In this document: in pieces, positions 27,986 through 44,745 of the stretch
Layout: the number at the start of each line of letters is the position of its first letter
Numbering within the stretch: the first letter of the stretch is position 1
Assembly: GCA_964016885.1 (NCBI GenBank)
Contig: OZ024753.1
Coordinates: 38,626,001-38,690,000 of the forward strand
Direction: 5' to 3'
Origin: Eledone cirrhosa
Taxonomy: Eukaryota
DNA: 64,000 nucleotides
Notes under the pieces: generated by a model
What the model saw: the letters and a program-made list of their open reading frames with translations, nothing else
The model's database searches: none
What the model was told of the DNA's origin: nothing
Program-made: the position numbers and the translations under genes

Positions 27986-28174
27986 AACGAGTAGGACCCC
28001 GACGGCTGAGCTCAAGCTGTTTCGACGGCTAATTCTGAGTCCAGAATTAGCCGTAGAAACGGCTTGAGCTCAGCCGTCGGGATCCTACTCGTTCCTATTA
28101 CCCACTCTACTACCCTAAGTATTGAGTACTTTGGTGCGTTATGGTCCACCTGGTTCCTTACCACATTTCCTTCG

Positions 28175-28177
<3 letters not shown>
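27981..28177 (+). mobile_element. Family D palindromic island (57-bp arms, 4-nt spacer, plus tail)
   Basis: 27981-28037 and 28042-28098 inverted; tail with ACTC 28104 ... GAGT 28124; (TA)n on both sides. HHR 5' core not included. Confidence 0.8.
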
Positions 28178-28223
<46 letters not shown>

Positions 28224-28932
28224 CATCATGTTTAATATAGAAATGGGTTTTACAGGACTAGCATTGTTTCATTCAAAAGAAATCATCAGGGAAGCCCTGG
28301 TGATTTCCAGGGTAACAAGACTCACTATTTAGCCTTAATCAAATTGTTTTTGTGTTGTGTGCTGTGTATTTGGGTGGCGCATGCATTATGTCCAGGTGTG
28401 TGTGTTTTTTTTGTATATATTTATTTGTTGAGGAGGTCACAGAATGTGTGACGAAAGAACTTTTACGAACTAACAAAAGATTAAGTGAAAATCATACGGT
28501 GTGTGTGTTTTTGTTGGCAATGCTGGTAACATATCCATCCTTGTAATAATCCATATAATAATAATATATACATAATATATGATAATATATGTGCATACAT
28601 TTAAATATATAGGCACACTAATACACATATATGCACACACATATACATATATGAGGACGTTATATATATATATTTAAAAAAAAAAATATTTATATAGATA
28701 TATATTTATATATATATATCATAAATATATATATATGTATAATATATACATATATTATATATTGTATATATTATATATTGTATATATATATATAAATATA
28801 TATATACAATATATACATATATATATACATATATATATAAAATATTTATATATATATATCATAAATATATATATATATATGTATAATATATACATATATT
28901 ATATATATATTATATATATATATATATACATG

Positions 28933-28968
<36 letters not shown>

Positions 28969-29102
28969 TATACACAATATATAATATATACAATATATAA
29001 TATATATATAATATATGTATATATTATACATATATATATATAATATATATATAATATATATATATATATTTATGATATATATAAATATATATATATAAAT
29101 AT

Positions 29103-29133
<31 letters not shown>

Positions 29134-29237
29134 GTATATATATATATTTATATATTTATATATATATATAGAGAGAGAGATTTATATATATATTACATAT
29201 ATATATATATTTATATATATATATGTATATATATATT

Positions 29238-29271
<34 letters not shown>

Positions 29272-29304
29272 TCTATATATATATATTACATATATATATA
29301 TATA

Positions 29305-29426
<122 letters not shown>

Positions 29427-29745
29427 GTAAATTTTGCAAGTAAATATATTTTTATATTCATGAAGCTGGTTGAGAAAATAACAGACGAACTAATCAGATT
29501 TTCACAGACTTATTTAGTTTTTTCAAATTACAACTGAGAGTGTATTAAAAATTGGCTTGTTAGAATTAGTTGTATACATATGACAGCATACGCTCATAAC
29601 ACCGCCGCACTGTCACGTGCATGTATATAATATATATATATAATTAGGCATATATATATATGTGTGTGTGTATATGCTTGTTTGTATCTGTATATTTATT
29701 TAAATATACAAACACACAGACTCGACCATATATATATATATGTAT

Positions 29746-29810
<65 letters not shown>

Positions 29811-29948
29811 TATATAAATCATGCATGCATTAATTTCAACAATGCTTATTAATAACTGCATTGTGTTTTTCCAGGGGCTGTGTTATGTTGAAAAATGAAA
29901 CTCATTTGCTCATTACATGAGAGTATCTTGGTCAGCTTGTGAACTTTG

Positions 29949-30041
<93 letters not shown>

Positions 30042-30194
30042 ATAATAATTGTTTCTACTTCAGGCACAAGGCCAGCAATTAACCAGTGCATTACTGGTAC
30101 TTTATAGTAATAATAATAAGTAATATATAGTAATAATAATAAGGGTGAAAGCAGCGATACTTTGCTTAAATTTTAATGTTATTTATATAAATAA

Positions 30195-30272
<78 letters not shown>

Positions 30273-30347
30273 ATATTATACTATATATATATATGTATAT
30301 ATATATAATATTATATTATATATATATGTATATATATATATATATAT

Positions 30348-30785
30348 ATCATCACCATCATCATCATCATCACCGTTTTACGTCCGTTCTTCCATGCTAG
30401 CATGGGTTAGACGGGTTGTCCTGTTGTGGGCAGTGTCTGGTCGGCTGACCATGTCTTGCTCATACAGGAACTGATTTGGCTTGATTTCTACAGCTGGATG
30501 CCCTTCCTAACACCAACCTCATTTACAGTGAGTGCTGGGTGCTTTTTCGTGGCGCGTACACGTCCACTTTACAGTGTGGGCTGGGTGCTTTTTTGCCGTG
30601 GCACCTCCACGACCAGCATGCGGTGGGGGGTGTGGGGGCATATTGTCTATATGCTTCAGCTTGTACCCATGGGAGGTCGGGTACTCTGTATTACTGCGTG
30701 ACGCCAGAGGTCACGGTCGTGTGTCATCGCCTTTGAGAGGTGTAATTGGGTAAGGTCGGCTTTTATCACCTCATCCCAGGTCATC
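30348..30785 (-). mobile_element. SINE family 2-related element with an RTE-like (GAT)n tail
   Basis: (cat)n then ccgttttacgtccg and ttctacagctggatgcccttcctaacaccaacc, shared with the 36723, 37131 and 41617 copies. Confidence 0.65.
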
Positions 30786-30807
30786 TTGGGTATATATATA
30801 TATATGT

Positions 30808-30867
<60 letters not shown>

Positions 30868-30880
30868 TATTATATTATAT

Positions 30881-30969
<89 letters not shown>

Positions 30970-30982
30970 TATTATATTATAT

Positions 30983-31049
<67 letters not shown>

Positions 31050-31281
31050 TATTATATTATATTATATTATATATATATATATATATATTAATAATAATAG
31101 GGGTGAAAGCAGCGATACTTTTCTTAAATTTTAATCTGTTATTTTTATAAATAAATAAATAAATAATACATATATATATATATATACATACATATATATA
31201 TATATTATATTATATTATATATATATATATATATATATGTGTATATATGTATATATATATATATATATATATAAATATACA

Positions 31282-31770
31282 CGAGGGTGGCTTGAAAGGT
31301 TCAAAAGATGACTGTGAATATGAAGGAGTGATGCTAGAACTGTGATATCTTGCATTCCATGAGAGTATCTTGGTCAGGTTATGATTTTATTTTCATCCAA
31401 CCGTCGTATTTCTGTAAATATGTGATAACTCCTGACATTTTTACATTAGATGATTCAGAAGTGATTACCTCCTCCCCTATCAAATATAGTTCCGTCATCC
31501 GAGGGATAGACATCAAGCAATCAAGCCATCTAGCGAACAAGTTAAAAATTGCGTGAAATTTAGTCAGATAATCTATCGCTTCAATCCTTCAAAATTATTG
31601 ACACACATCAAATTTGTTTTTCTATCAATGGAACTGTTCTAGTCTTCAGTAAAACCAATCATTTATGTATCGAAAAGCAAGATCGATCCAGCTATGGTTG
31701 GATTTGAACCTTATTTGGACATTCCATGAGAGTATCTTGATCAGCCTATGTAATTTTCAGTCAACCCTCG
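31282..31770. mobile_element. Mariner-type MITE remnant(s)
   Basis: Left end cgagggtggcttgaaaggttc; right ends ttttcatccaaccgtcg-TA (31406) and ttttcagtcaaccctcg-TA (31770); duplicated subterminal cattccatgagagtatcttg. Confidence 0.55.
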
Positions 31771-32243
31771 TATATGCTATGTTATGAAAACACGCCCACC
31801 ATAAGTATCAGTTTGCATGTGAGGTCGTCCCGCATGCACAAGTACCTACCCATGTGAATGGAGATATGTGTGACAATACAGGTAATCAAAGGAATCTGTG
31901 TGTTATGTTATGGACACACGTCCAAATAGCAGGTTACCTGCCCACTATCCATTATTCAAATCAATTATCTAATTATTTATTTTGATAATTCATTTTATTA
32001 CCTAGTCGTTTATCAGTTAATGTTATTAAATATTAACAGCACACGTCGACAGGTAAGGGCCTCGTGTCGCGGACGGGCCATAACCATCACACCTGTGATG
32101 AGAGGAAAAAAAGAAGACGACACAGCTGTGAACACAAGTGTATTCTTGATGTGACCTTAAGCAGACAGCCAGCACGTGGGAAGGTAGTTTTCTTGGTCCG
32201 ATCTGTCGAGCTGGTCTTTTCTTTTTTTTTCATTTTATACTCA

Positions 32244-32297
32244 TATATTGGGGCCACAGCTAATCAGTTTAAGACTAGATACAATTCCCATTTACAT
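32244..32297 (+). pseudogene. GIY-YIG endonuclease fragment of Penelope-like type
   Basis: Translates YIGATANQFKTRYNSHLH, fitting the YIGxT..FKxRY..H pattern; only 18 codons. Confidence 0.5.
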
Positions 32298-33490
32298 TGA
32301 CAATATAAGTTTAACGTGTCATTCAGTGCTCTCAGTCTCCTACACAAACAAAACACTTTATTCCACCTTGCTGCAGGCTACAGGCCACTCAGTTGGCACA
32401 CATTTGATTGTACACATAATTCAAAGTCACCCTCGTCACAAAGAGAGTCAGACTGAGTTTCCATGAGCTGTGTGTCCCCTCGATTTGATTGTATGCAGTC
32501 CCTGAAAAGAAACAATGCAGTTATTAATAAGAAAAGTTGAAATTAATGCATGCAAGATTTCACAGCTCTAGCATCACTCCTTTATAGCCAGAATTTATTT
32601 TAAGCTCATCTTCGTATGTCTGCTTGCATGTGTTGGGACTCTCACACACACACAGAAACGCACACACACACACACACATGCATATTCTAACACATATTCA
32701 CATGCAAATTCCTTCACACGCATATGCACAAACACACACTTATACACACACTCTTAAAAATAGTCCCACACAGACACTTTCTCGCACACATACAGAATTA
32801 CATTCATATGCATGCTCTAGCACACAAACACATAACTGCACATACGAACACACACATACGAACAACCTGCACTAACATATACACATACACACGCTAACAC
32901 ACACAGCTACTTCATACACAAATATTATAGCACATGCGCCCATACCTTCACACAGATAAAGACACAGAAACATACCAACACACACACATAGACATAAACA
33001 TAAACATGCATTAACAAAAATGCGCATACACACACACTAACACACACATATACACCCTATCACACACACACATACACACACCCTATCACACACACACACA
33101 CATACACACATACACACCCGCACAGACACAGACATACAGACAAGCCTGGTCAGCGTGCAAGAAGGACTGACCATTTGAAACATTTGAATCCTAAACAGAC
33201 GATAGAGGTCAGTGCATAGGTCACACGGCTGTTACAAAAGGCTTTGATATTCATAACAAAATAAATTAAATTAATTTCATATAAAAACATTTTAATAATA
33301 AAGTAAATCAGAAGTTGTGAATAATTGATAAAATTTACTTCTCCAAAATACAAGAATATCTCATTATTCCACACGAGATCACAGATAAAAAAACCTTTCG
33401 CCCAAAACTAACATAGCATGTATAAATACATGCCTATACCGACATATATGTATGCATGTTTGTATGTATGGTTTTCTATGTATATGTATA

Positions 33491-33537
<47 letters not shown>

Positions 33538-33623
33538 GTGTGTTTGTGTGTGTGTGTGTGAGTGTGTGTCTGTATACTCTTACAATCACGTAAATATAAT
33601 ATTTCTATACATATGTATACATG

Positions 33624-33667
<44 letters not shown>

Positions 33668-34020
33668 CATATGTGTTTGTGTGTGTGTGTGTGAGTGTGT
33701 GTCTGTATACTCTTACAATCACGTAAATATTATATTTCTATACATATGTATACATGCTTATATATATATATATATTTGACGGCCACAATTTCGATTTCCG
33801 ACAACCACACTCCATCCTTTTAGATATATCGAGCTATCTTGCATTATCACCCTTCCCCACTAGAACTCCACTAACCAACTTCGTCTCACTTTTTTTCTCC
33901 ATACAAATATGTTTGAGCGCATGCGTATTTCTATCTGTTTCTCAATGAATTTACATATATATATATACAACATATAGACAAAGGCATCTCTCCCTCCCCC
34001 ACCCCATATATATATTTGTG

Positions 34021-34080
<60 letters not shown>

Positions 34081-34202
34081 TATTGTTCTGAGTATATATA
34101 TATATATGTGTGTGTGTGTGTATTTATCTAAGAACGTATGTATAAATGCACGTCTGTCTGTCTGTGTGATGCTTATACGTACATATTTAGATACATACAC
34201 TC

Positions 34203-34327
<125 letters not shown>

Positions 34328-34332
34328 CACAC

Positions 34333-34410
<78 letters not shown>

Positions 34411-34492
34411 TACCATTAATACACGCAAAAACGGAATAATTTATAAAATAACTTTCTTATCAACGAGTCACAAGCGGGCAAGCGGCTGAATA

Positions 34493-34551
34493 AAGTTCTG
34501 AAGACTAATGTAATTTATAAATTCATATGCATACATGAAAGTTGTAAACTT
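34493..34551 (+). ncRNA. Candidate degenerate hammerhead (family K)
   Basis: aagtt CTGAAGA cta-atgta...tacat GAAA gttg TA aactt; outer pairing agcgggcaag (34473) with cttgcccgct (34595). Confidence 0.4.
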
Positions 34552-34724
34552 CATGTCTAACAGTTATATAGGGTATATACAACTGCCAAACTATCTTGCC
34601 CGCTGACCATGCATGTACCTAGCCTTATGAAATATTACAACATATTTTCTTACACAAAATTAGACTATAATTGACAAAAAAGAAAACATTATTAAACACC
34701 TATATATATTAAATGTTTATATAT

Positions 34725-34781
<57 letters not shown>

Positions 34782-34810
34782 GAGTATAATATATATATAT
34801 ATTATACTCA

Positions 34811-34865
<55 letters not shown>

Positions 34866-35109
34866 ATTTAATAACTAACGACCGTTTCATCCTAACACAA
34901 GGCGGATATTTGGAGGGGCTAGTATATATATGTATATACGTATATATATATACATATATAAAATATATATATATATACACATATACATATATATATATAT
35001 ATGTGTGTGTATGTATATGTGTGTGTAGTTAATAAATGAAACAAACAAAATACAGCAGGCAGTTTTTACACAGTTATATTAGCTTCACGCTTGGTGGAAG
35101 TGAAGGAGG

Positions 35110-35169
<60 letters not shown>

Positions 35170-35291
35170 CCTCCTTCACTTGCACCAAGCGTGAAGCTAA
35201 TATAACTATGTAAAAACTGCCTGCTGTATTTTGTTTGTTTCATTTATTAACTACACACACATATATATACATATGTATGTATATATATATA

Positions 35292-35388
<97 letters not shown>

Positions 35389-35537
35389 TTATTTATGTAT
35401 ATGTGTATATATATATATATATTTGATATATGAATATACATATATGTATATATATATATGTATATACATATATATACTAGCCCCTCCAAATGTTCCCGAA
35501 GCAAAGTTTTAGAACCTATATTTGTATTTAACTCTTG

Positions 35538-35592
35538 TAATAACTCTGAAGAAATCTGCCTTGTGTTAGGATGAAACGGTCGTTAGTTATTA
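35538..35592 (+). ncRNA. Minimal type I hammerhead (family L)
   Basis: taataact CTGAAGA aatctgccttgtgttaggat GAAA cggtcg TT agttatta: perfect 8-bp stem I. Confidence 0.65.
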
Positions 35593-35629
35593 AATGTTTG
35601 AAAGATTAAATACTCTTTTATTATTATCT

Positions 35630-35704
<75 letters not shown>

Positions 35705-36147
35705 GCGTGTGTGTGTGTGTGCATCCTTCTGAGTATAAATGTATAAAAGTGAGTTAGAGTCTGTTTGTGTGTGTGTGTCTGTCCAACATCATACCACCAT
35801 CACCCAACAACACATCATAACTTCAACAAACATACACAGACCTATATTTATATATACATATAGAGAGATAGATAGGTAAAGGGAGAGAGTGTGAAAGGGG
35901 TAATGAGTGAGAGAAAGAGTGACATTTAAATAGAGAGAGATGAAATCCAATGACTGCGTCTAGTTCTGTACTATGGCAGGTAATTTTCTATGAGGTACCT
36001 TCATGTGTAAATATATTTAATTACAGTAGATGGCCATCTTTAGAGACAACTATATCAAGCGTTAAACTAATATATACTATAATATCACAGTATTGTATTG
36101 ATCTTCCGAGTTATTTTTCCTTGTTGAATTTTCTCATACATATATAT

Positions 36148-36220
<73 letters not shown>

Positions 36221-36534
36221 TGTATATATATATATATATATATATATTTATGTATATGTATAGATATAAACTTAAGAAAATTAACAAAGAGAGGACAAGA
36301 ATACGAACGAAGACAAGGCAAATTTTTCATTGTGCAAACCTAAATATAAGCTATATATCATAACAATACATATATTTATGTGGGTTTCTTTTGATAAAAC
36401 ACAATAGTAACTTTTTTAAAGAAGGGTTTATGGTCATTTATATAAAATGTGGGAATACACTTGCATTGTAATAATGGGTTCAATAATAAAGCGAGCAGCT
36501 GCTAGTTTAAAGCTCGCTACAGGTTATTAAATTC

Positions 36535-37115
<581 letters not shown>

Positions 37116-37130
37116 GTATATATATATATA

Positions 37131-37513
37131 TGGAGGCACATGGCTTAGTGGTTAGAGCATTGGCCTTGCAATCGAGAGGTTGCGAGTTCAATTCTCAGAC
37201 CAGATGATGTGTTGTTTCCCTGAGCAAGAGACTTTATTTCACATTGCTCCAGTTTACTCAGCTGTAGAAATGAGATGATAGGGACTGGGATCCCTATCAT
37301 TTCACTGCAAAGTGGTCGTGGAGGTGCCACAGCAAAAAAGCATCCAGCCCACACTGTAAAAGTGGACGTGTAGGTGCCACGTAAAAAAAGCCCCCAGTAC
37401 TCACTGTAAATGAGGTTGGTGTTAGGAAGGGCATCCAGCTGTAGAAATCAAGCCAGAATCAGTTCCCATCCCACCCTTGCGAGCAGGGAAAAGCGGACAT
37501 AAAATGACGATGA

Positions 37514-37517
<4 letters not shown>
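37131..37517 (+). mobile_element. tRNA-derived SINE family 2, full length, with RTE-derived 3' tail
   Basis: A box tggcttagtggt, B box gagttcaattc; 3' end cccacccttgcgagcagggaaaagcggacataaaatgacgatgatg shared with the LINE at 45213-45575. Confidence 0.85.
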
Positions 37518-37589
<72 letters not shown>

Positions 37590-37685
37590 GTGTGTGTCTA
37601 TATATATATATATTTAGAGAATTTAATAAACCTGTAGCGAGCTCTAAACTACCAGCTGCTCGCTTTATTATTGAACCCATTATTA

Positions 37686-37749
<64 letters not shown>

Positions 37750-37949
37750 GTATATATATATATATGTATGTATATATATGTACATAAGGGAAAACCATTC
37801 ACGTATGATAATTGGCGCAACATATGTTAAAATATAATATATGCTGAATGGAAGTGCAACATGTGTAATTGTGTTCTTCTTAAACCTCTTGCTATGTAAC
37901 CGCCTCAAACCGACTTTGGTTCCATGATACAAACAATTGCTTATTTTAA

Positions 37950-38170
37950 CCCTTTAGCATTTACATTACTCTATATATACTATTGTATTTCCGCAGTAAA
38001 GGCTTTACTTCACATAAATATCTCACATAATATCAAATCTATGAGATTTTGATATTATCTATTTTGACAACAATACATTAACATAAGTATGAGCAGGCAG
38101 TTACAGATAGTTTGAAAAGATAGAGGTGTGAGAATTCTGGCCAGATATGGCAGGTTTAAATGCTAAAGTG
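37950..38170. mobile_element. piggyBac-type MITE
   Basis: TTAA-ccctttagcattta ... taaatgctaaagtg-TTAA; inverted homologue at 48444-48650. Confidence 0.65.
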
Positions 38171-41100
38171 TTAATGTTTTTTTTTATTTATATTTATTAA
38201 CACAGTCTTCTACCTTGTGTGTAACCGATCTGTTGGACTTCTACAAAGCGCTGAGAAGATAAGATAGAGTTAATATATAGAATGATGTGCTCATCCATCA
38301 AGATGTTATAAAATAGCTTATAAAATATGGTGAAGACCCTTAAAAACAGAAAAAGTTGTTGCTATCAGCCACTTTCAGGAATCGAACCCAATATCTCTCA
38401 GGTACCGGTTTTGTGCTTTTAACAATTAAATAGCTGAATATCAGCTTTCAGATGCCAACAAACATCGTATGTAAACAACATGTATATGAAGCCAATCTCT
38501 CAGACTTCTACAAAGCGCTGAGAGGGTAACTTAATTTTATAGAAGAATCATTCTTATGCACCAAACACTATTTTAGACCTTTTAACACCAAATCGCCTAA
38601 AACCGGTTTAATGATATTTAGTTATTTGATTTGAAGTGTTTATATCTATGTAAGAATATTTGTTAAATACCAGTCAAGCATTGGGGTCAATTTAATTGAC
38701 GTTGTCACCCTCCTAATTGCTGGTCTTATTCCTAAATTAGAAACCTTTATTATAGTGTTGTTTGTGTCACCTACTGTTCTTTGAACAACCGTAAACATCG
38801 CTTTTATGTTTTTGTTTGAAGCATTTTATCATTCATCTGTTCGGTGTGTGTGTGTGTGTGTGTGAGGGGGGGGGGGGGGGCAATCGCAGGTGTTGACAAT
38901 CGCAGCAGGTGCTGTAATAGACAAATATCGATTGATCCAATCAATTGTATGTACCACATCCTTCTATCGAATGTCTGTCTTTGTGACGCATGTATTGGAC
39001 GTATCATTGGAGTGTGAAGGCGTGTAGATTAATAGCAAGGGTGAAAGAATCAAGATCATGGGTTCGATACAGGACCGAGTGGTGAGTTGTGTTCTTGAAC
39101 AAGACACTTCATTCCATGTTGCTTTTCATAACAAAAAATGAGTGCCCTATCATTAATACCACCCAGAAACCTCCTATGAGATGAAATCTCCTAGTATGAG
39201 CTTGGCAACAAGATGATAGGACAGACAGGGAATCCTATCATTAAAACACCTGAGAAAACTCCCGTAGACACTTATCTAAGATGCTTATCTAAGATGCTAC
39301 ACATCTGATATTGAACGTCAAACCTGACGATTCCAAACCAAAGTTCTTAACCACACAGCCATGCCAACATGTATTTAGAATTACAATAATTATAAATTTG
39401 AATAATTCTATAAATCTTTAACCTGGAATCTAATTAACGATTAAAAGAAATCGAAAGAAAAACAATCACACACACAAAACATACACAAACACACACACAT
39501 ACATACTTATATATATATAAATGCACACAAACACACACATACTTATATATATAAATGCACACAAACACACAGATATAAATACACAAACTTACATACGGAC
39601 ACACGCTAACATAGGATAACATACAGAGACACACAGTATCACACATACACACATTCACTGTCATACACACATAGTTACACCCATGCTTGCATTCACATTC
39701 ACAGTTACCCATACACACATACACACACATATACACACACACATACATATACATATACACACATATACATATATACACACACATCTACATATACACACAC
39801 ATCTACATATACACACACACTAAAAAGAATAACAAAGAGCGTTTAAAACAAAATCATGAACTCTCCTTATTTATAAATTATGAATGTCTGAGTATGTTTA
39901 TAAATATTGGTAAATTCCTGTGGGTCACTGTGTCTGCGTGTGTTTCTGTGTATATATGTTGGTGTGTGTAATTGTGTGTGTATTCAGTGTGTGGATGTGT
40001 GTGTACGTTGGAGTGTGTTTGTGTGCGTCTATGTATGTAGAGGGTTCTATGTTGATGTGTGCGGCTCTATGTTGATGTGTGTATGTTGGTGTGTATATGT
40101 GTTTTTGAATTTTTTGTTAGTTTTGTATATGAGAGTGTATGACAGTATTTACCCAAACGTATATAAGCATATATAAGTTGACGAACTGGAAAAGTCGATA
40201 GAATGCTTTGTGGAATTCGTTCCAGTTCATTGCTCTCTGAGTTCAAATCCCACCGAAGTCAACTTTGCCTTTCATCCATTTGAGGTCGATAAATAAAGTA
40301 CCAGTCAAGTACTGGGGTAGATTCTTCCTTTATAATCTCTTTCTCACTTCCATTCTCTCACTCTTTATCTTTCTCTGGAAAAAAACTCTGCTATATTCAG
40401 ACCTGGAAAGGAGATGGGCTCAGCCAGGTTAAAAAATGTCCTACAAACGCTCTATGTCAATTCAGGGGCCCCTCAGACTCTCCCAAGAGTTACAGCACCT
40501 TGTAAGCATAAAGCATAAGGCATGTTGTTAGAAGGTTATTGGTTCCGGTTCTCTATGCTCTGAGTTCAGATACCGTTGAGATCAGTTTTGGTTTTCAGCT
40601 TTTCCAGGTTGAAAGATAAAGTTCCAATCCAGTACTAGGAACGATTCCGCCATCTTACCCTAACTCTGGAAGAATTCGGCTGTTGTGGACTTTGTGAACC
40701 ATGGATGAATGGGGGAATATATATATATACCCAACAACACCCAAACAAACAATACTGACCTAAGAGAAATATAAATAAATAAATAAATATATACTTTAAG
40801 ACACTCATGCTTCCCGAAATACGCCAAAACTACACCTGATGTACCCCTTCCATACACATGCACACATGTGTGTATCATGACTCGTGCACTGTTCATTTTA
40901 CTGATGTTTGTGCATTGCCCTATGTACTGTACATGCACTTTTTTGATGAGTTGTGGTGCACCTGGGCACTGTACACAGTATTTCATTATTGTTATTGTTA
41001 TTATATCATGACTCATACACTGTTCATTTTCCTGACATTTGTACATTATTCTATGTACTATACATGCACCTTTGATGAGTTGTAGTGCACCTGAGCACTG

Positions 41101-41509
41101 TACACAATAATTTCATTATTATTATTATTATCATTATTATTATACACAAGCACAATAACAACAAACACATATAAACACACACTAGTAAACTAAGATAGAA
41201 TACAATAACCAAAACACAGTCACCCAAACACGAACACACATCAAACACTATACACACACGCAAACACATGCGCAGAGAAGAAGACAAAAATAAATAAATA
41301 AATAAACAGATTAAATAAAGATGGCGTAGACATACAATACAACAGGAGGAAACATAATAGCACCACTGACAATGTTGCAGATGTGCAACGAAAGAACTTT
41401 GTTAGACTATATTATATCTGTATTATATTATATCTGTATTTTTGACCGTTGGTCAGTCAATGGTAAACATTGAGGACCGAATAAATTAACTGATATAAAA
41501 GATACAGAA

Positions 41510-41600
41510 GCAAAAACCAACCAAACAGTGAGTGTGTTCTGTTATTAATTCTGGCAATACTATTACAACAATATGACCCTCCCCAAGTATAACAATATAT
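41510..41600 (+). mobile_element. Family I island (3' end of the local PLE)
   Basis: ccaaacagtgagtgtgtt...aatatgaccctccccaagtataacaata matches 59910-59990; runs into (TA)n. Confidence 0.65.
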
Positions 41601-41616
41601 ATATATATATATATAT

Positions 41617-41967
41617 ATCATCATCATCATCATCATCATTTCATTTTACGTCCGCTTTTTCCCTGCTTGCAAGGGTGGGACGGGAACTGATTCTGGCTTG
41701 ATTTCTACAGCTGGATGCCCTTCCTAATGCCAACCTCATTTACAATGAGTGCTGGGTGCTTTTTTGCCGTGGCACCTCCACGACCACTTTGCAGTGGAAT
41801 GACAGGGACCTCAGTCCCTATCATCTCATTTCTACAGCTGAGTAAACTGGAGCAATGTGAAATAAAGTGTCTTGCTCAAAGAAACAACACATCACCCGGT
41901 CTGAGAATTGAACTCACAACCTTTCGATTGCAAGGCCAATGCTCTAACCACTAAGCCATGTGCCTCC
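41617..41967 (-). mobile_element. tRNA-derived SINE family 2, full length
   Basis: Reverse complement of 37131-37517, lacking one internal repeat. Confidence 0.85.
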
Positions 41968-41981
41968 ATATATATATATAT

Positions 41982-42349
41982 ATTTATTTAGGTTTGTTGG
42001 TTCACCACTGGATAGAACTGGTCATTCCGTATGGTCAATCTCGATGTAATATTATGGAGAGCACTCAACGTAATGCAACTCACCCGTCTTCGTTTGTGTA
42101 GTTGGTGGTGCGAGTACGGAGTTAATTATTATAAAATAACAGGAGGCTGGACTGGTGTAAATCCTTGAAAGGTTTATTATACTATGATAATTTCAATGAC
42201 CGGGTTCACTATGAATCCGGTGATATCATCAGGTATTCAAAATATAACAAAGGAATATAACAGATAAAATCCATGGGGCTGAAAATCAGATACAAGAGGA
42301 CGACCGACTATTTAGCAGCTTCTACCTCAGTCGGCCACCCTCAAGTCTT

Positions 42350-42350
<1 letters not shown>
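41982..42350 (-). mobile_element. Family J pLTR-like island with degenerate HHR (~42190-42240)
   Basis: Minus strand CTGATGA tatcaccggattcatagt GAAC ccgg TC (GAAA mutated), then a tail with actcc...ttgagtgc ending in (TA)n. Confidence 0.45.
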
Positions 42351-42390
<40 letters not shown>

Positions 42391-42537
42391 TTGTGAGTAT
42401 GTGTGTATGTGAGTCAGTGTGTGAATCTGTGTTTGTACACATATTTTATGTGTATGTATAAGGTAGTGTAATGTGGTTGGTGTTAGGAAGGGCATCCAGC
42501 CGTAGAAAACCTGCCAGATAGTCCTATATGAGCGATA

Positions 42538-42580
<43 letters not shown>

Positions 42581-42584
42581 ATAT

Positions 42585-42617
<33 letters not shown>

Positions 42618-42700
42618 ATATATATATATATACATATATATACATATATTATATATATATATATATACACATATATTATATATATATATAAATATATATG

Positions 42701-42806
<106 letters not shown>

Positions 42807-42864
42807 ATTATGATCATTGTTATTTATATGTATATATGTATATATATATGTGTGTATATATATA

Positions 42865-42903
<39 letters not shown>

Positions 42904-42929
42904 GAGAGGTACGCACACATATATATATG

Positions 42930-42960
<31 letters not shown>

Positions 42961-43397
42961 GTGTGTGCGTACCTCTCATTATATATATATATATATATAC
43001 ATATATATAATATATATCATATATATATATATATACACACATATATATATATACATATATACATACAAATAACAATGATCATAATATTAAGAATAAGAAT
43101 AATAACACAACAATAATCAGAATAATAATAAAGATGGTAATTAAAGAACACAATGGTAATATATTCAAATAATTTTGTTGGAAAATCATCAAAGAAACTT
43201 TGGGGATTTTTTTTCAACATTGTTTCCTTCAGTTTTGTCAATGATATAAGAAAAGAAAGAAATGGACTTTAAGAATTGGTTATAATGATAAAATGAAATG
43301 AAATAAACAATATAGATATATAAATAAGAGGAATAAATAATATATATATATATATATATACATATATACTGTATATATATATATATATATACATATA

Positions 43398-43436
<39 letters not shown>

Positions 43437-43996
43437 TACATATATACTGTATATATATATATATATATATACACATATATACATATATACTGTATATATA
43501 TATATACATATATACTGTATATATATATATATATATACACATATATACTGTATATATATATATATATATATACACATATATACTGTATATATATATATAT
43601 ATACACATATATACTGTATATATATATACTGTATATACATAGTTATATATATATATATACTGTATATATATACTGTATATATATATATACTGTATATATA
43701 CAGATATATATATATATACTGTATATATATATATATATACTGTATATATATACAGATATATTTAAGAATAAACGTATATAAATTAACAATAAATTCAACA
43801 AAATGAAAGCAGAAGAAGAAGAAGAAGAAGAAGAAGAAGAAGAAGAAGAAGAAGAAGAATGAAAAAAGAAACAAAGACAAAAACAAAACAATAGAATAGA
43901 AATAGTAAAAACATAAATTATCAAATAATGTTGTTTTCAATATATATTGGGAATTATTATAGTGCCAGGGTGGTGTTGTAGGAAAGTAGACAGACA

Positions 43997-44067
<71 letters not shown>

Positions 44068-44168
44068 TGTATATATACACGTGTATATATACACGTGTAT
44101 ATATACACGTGTATATATATATACACAGTGTATATATACACATGTGTATATATATATACACATGTATG

Positions 44169-44318
<150 letters not shown>

Positions 44319-44509
44319 ATTCTGTAAAGCTGGCAATAGAGTATAACAGATATTCACAACAAACTGCGACCCTGTAGTATTATGTAGTGAGACTGTGTAA
44401 ATCTGTGAGTTAGAGATAGAAAGGTTTATGTTTTATGAGAAAAAGAATGAAATGTATTTTTATATATATATATAATATGTACATATGTATGAACAATTGT
44501 GCTTACATA

Positions 44510-44555
<46 letters not shown>

Positions 44556-44614
44556 CATATGTATATGAAAAAGATTTACATGTATATAGAGGTGAATATA
44601 TATGTATCTCTCTC

Positions 44615-44745
<131 letters not shown>

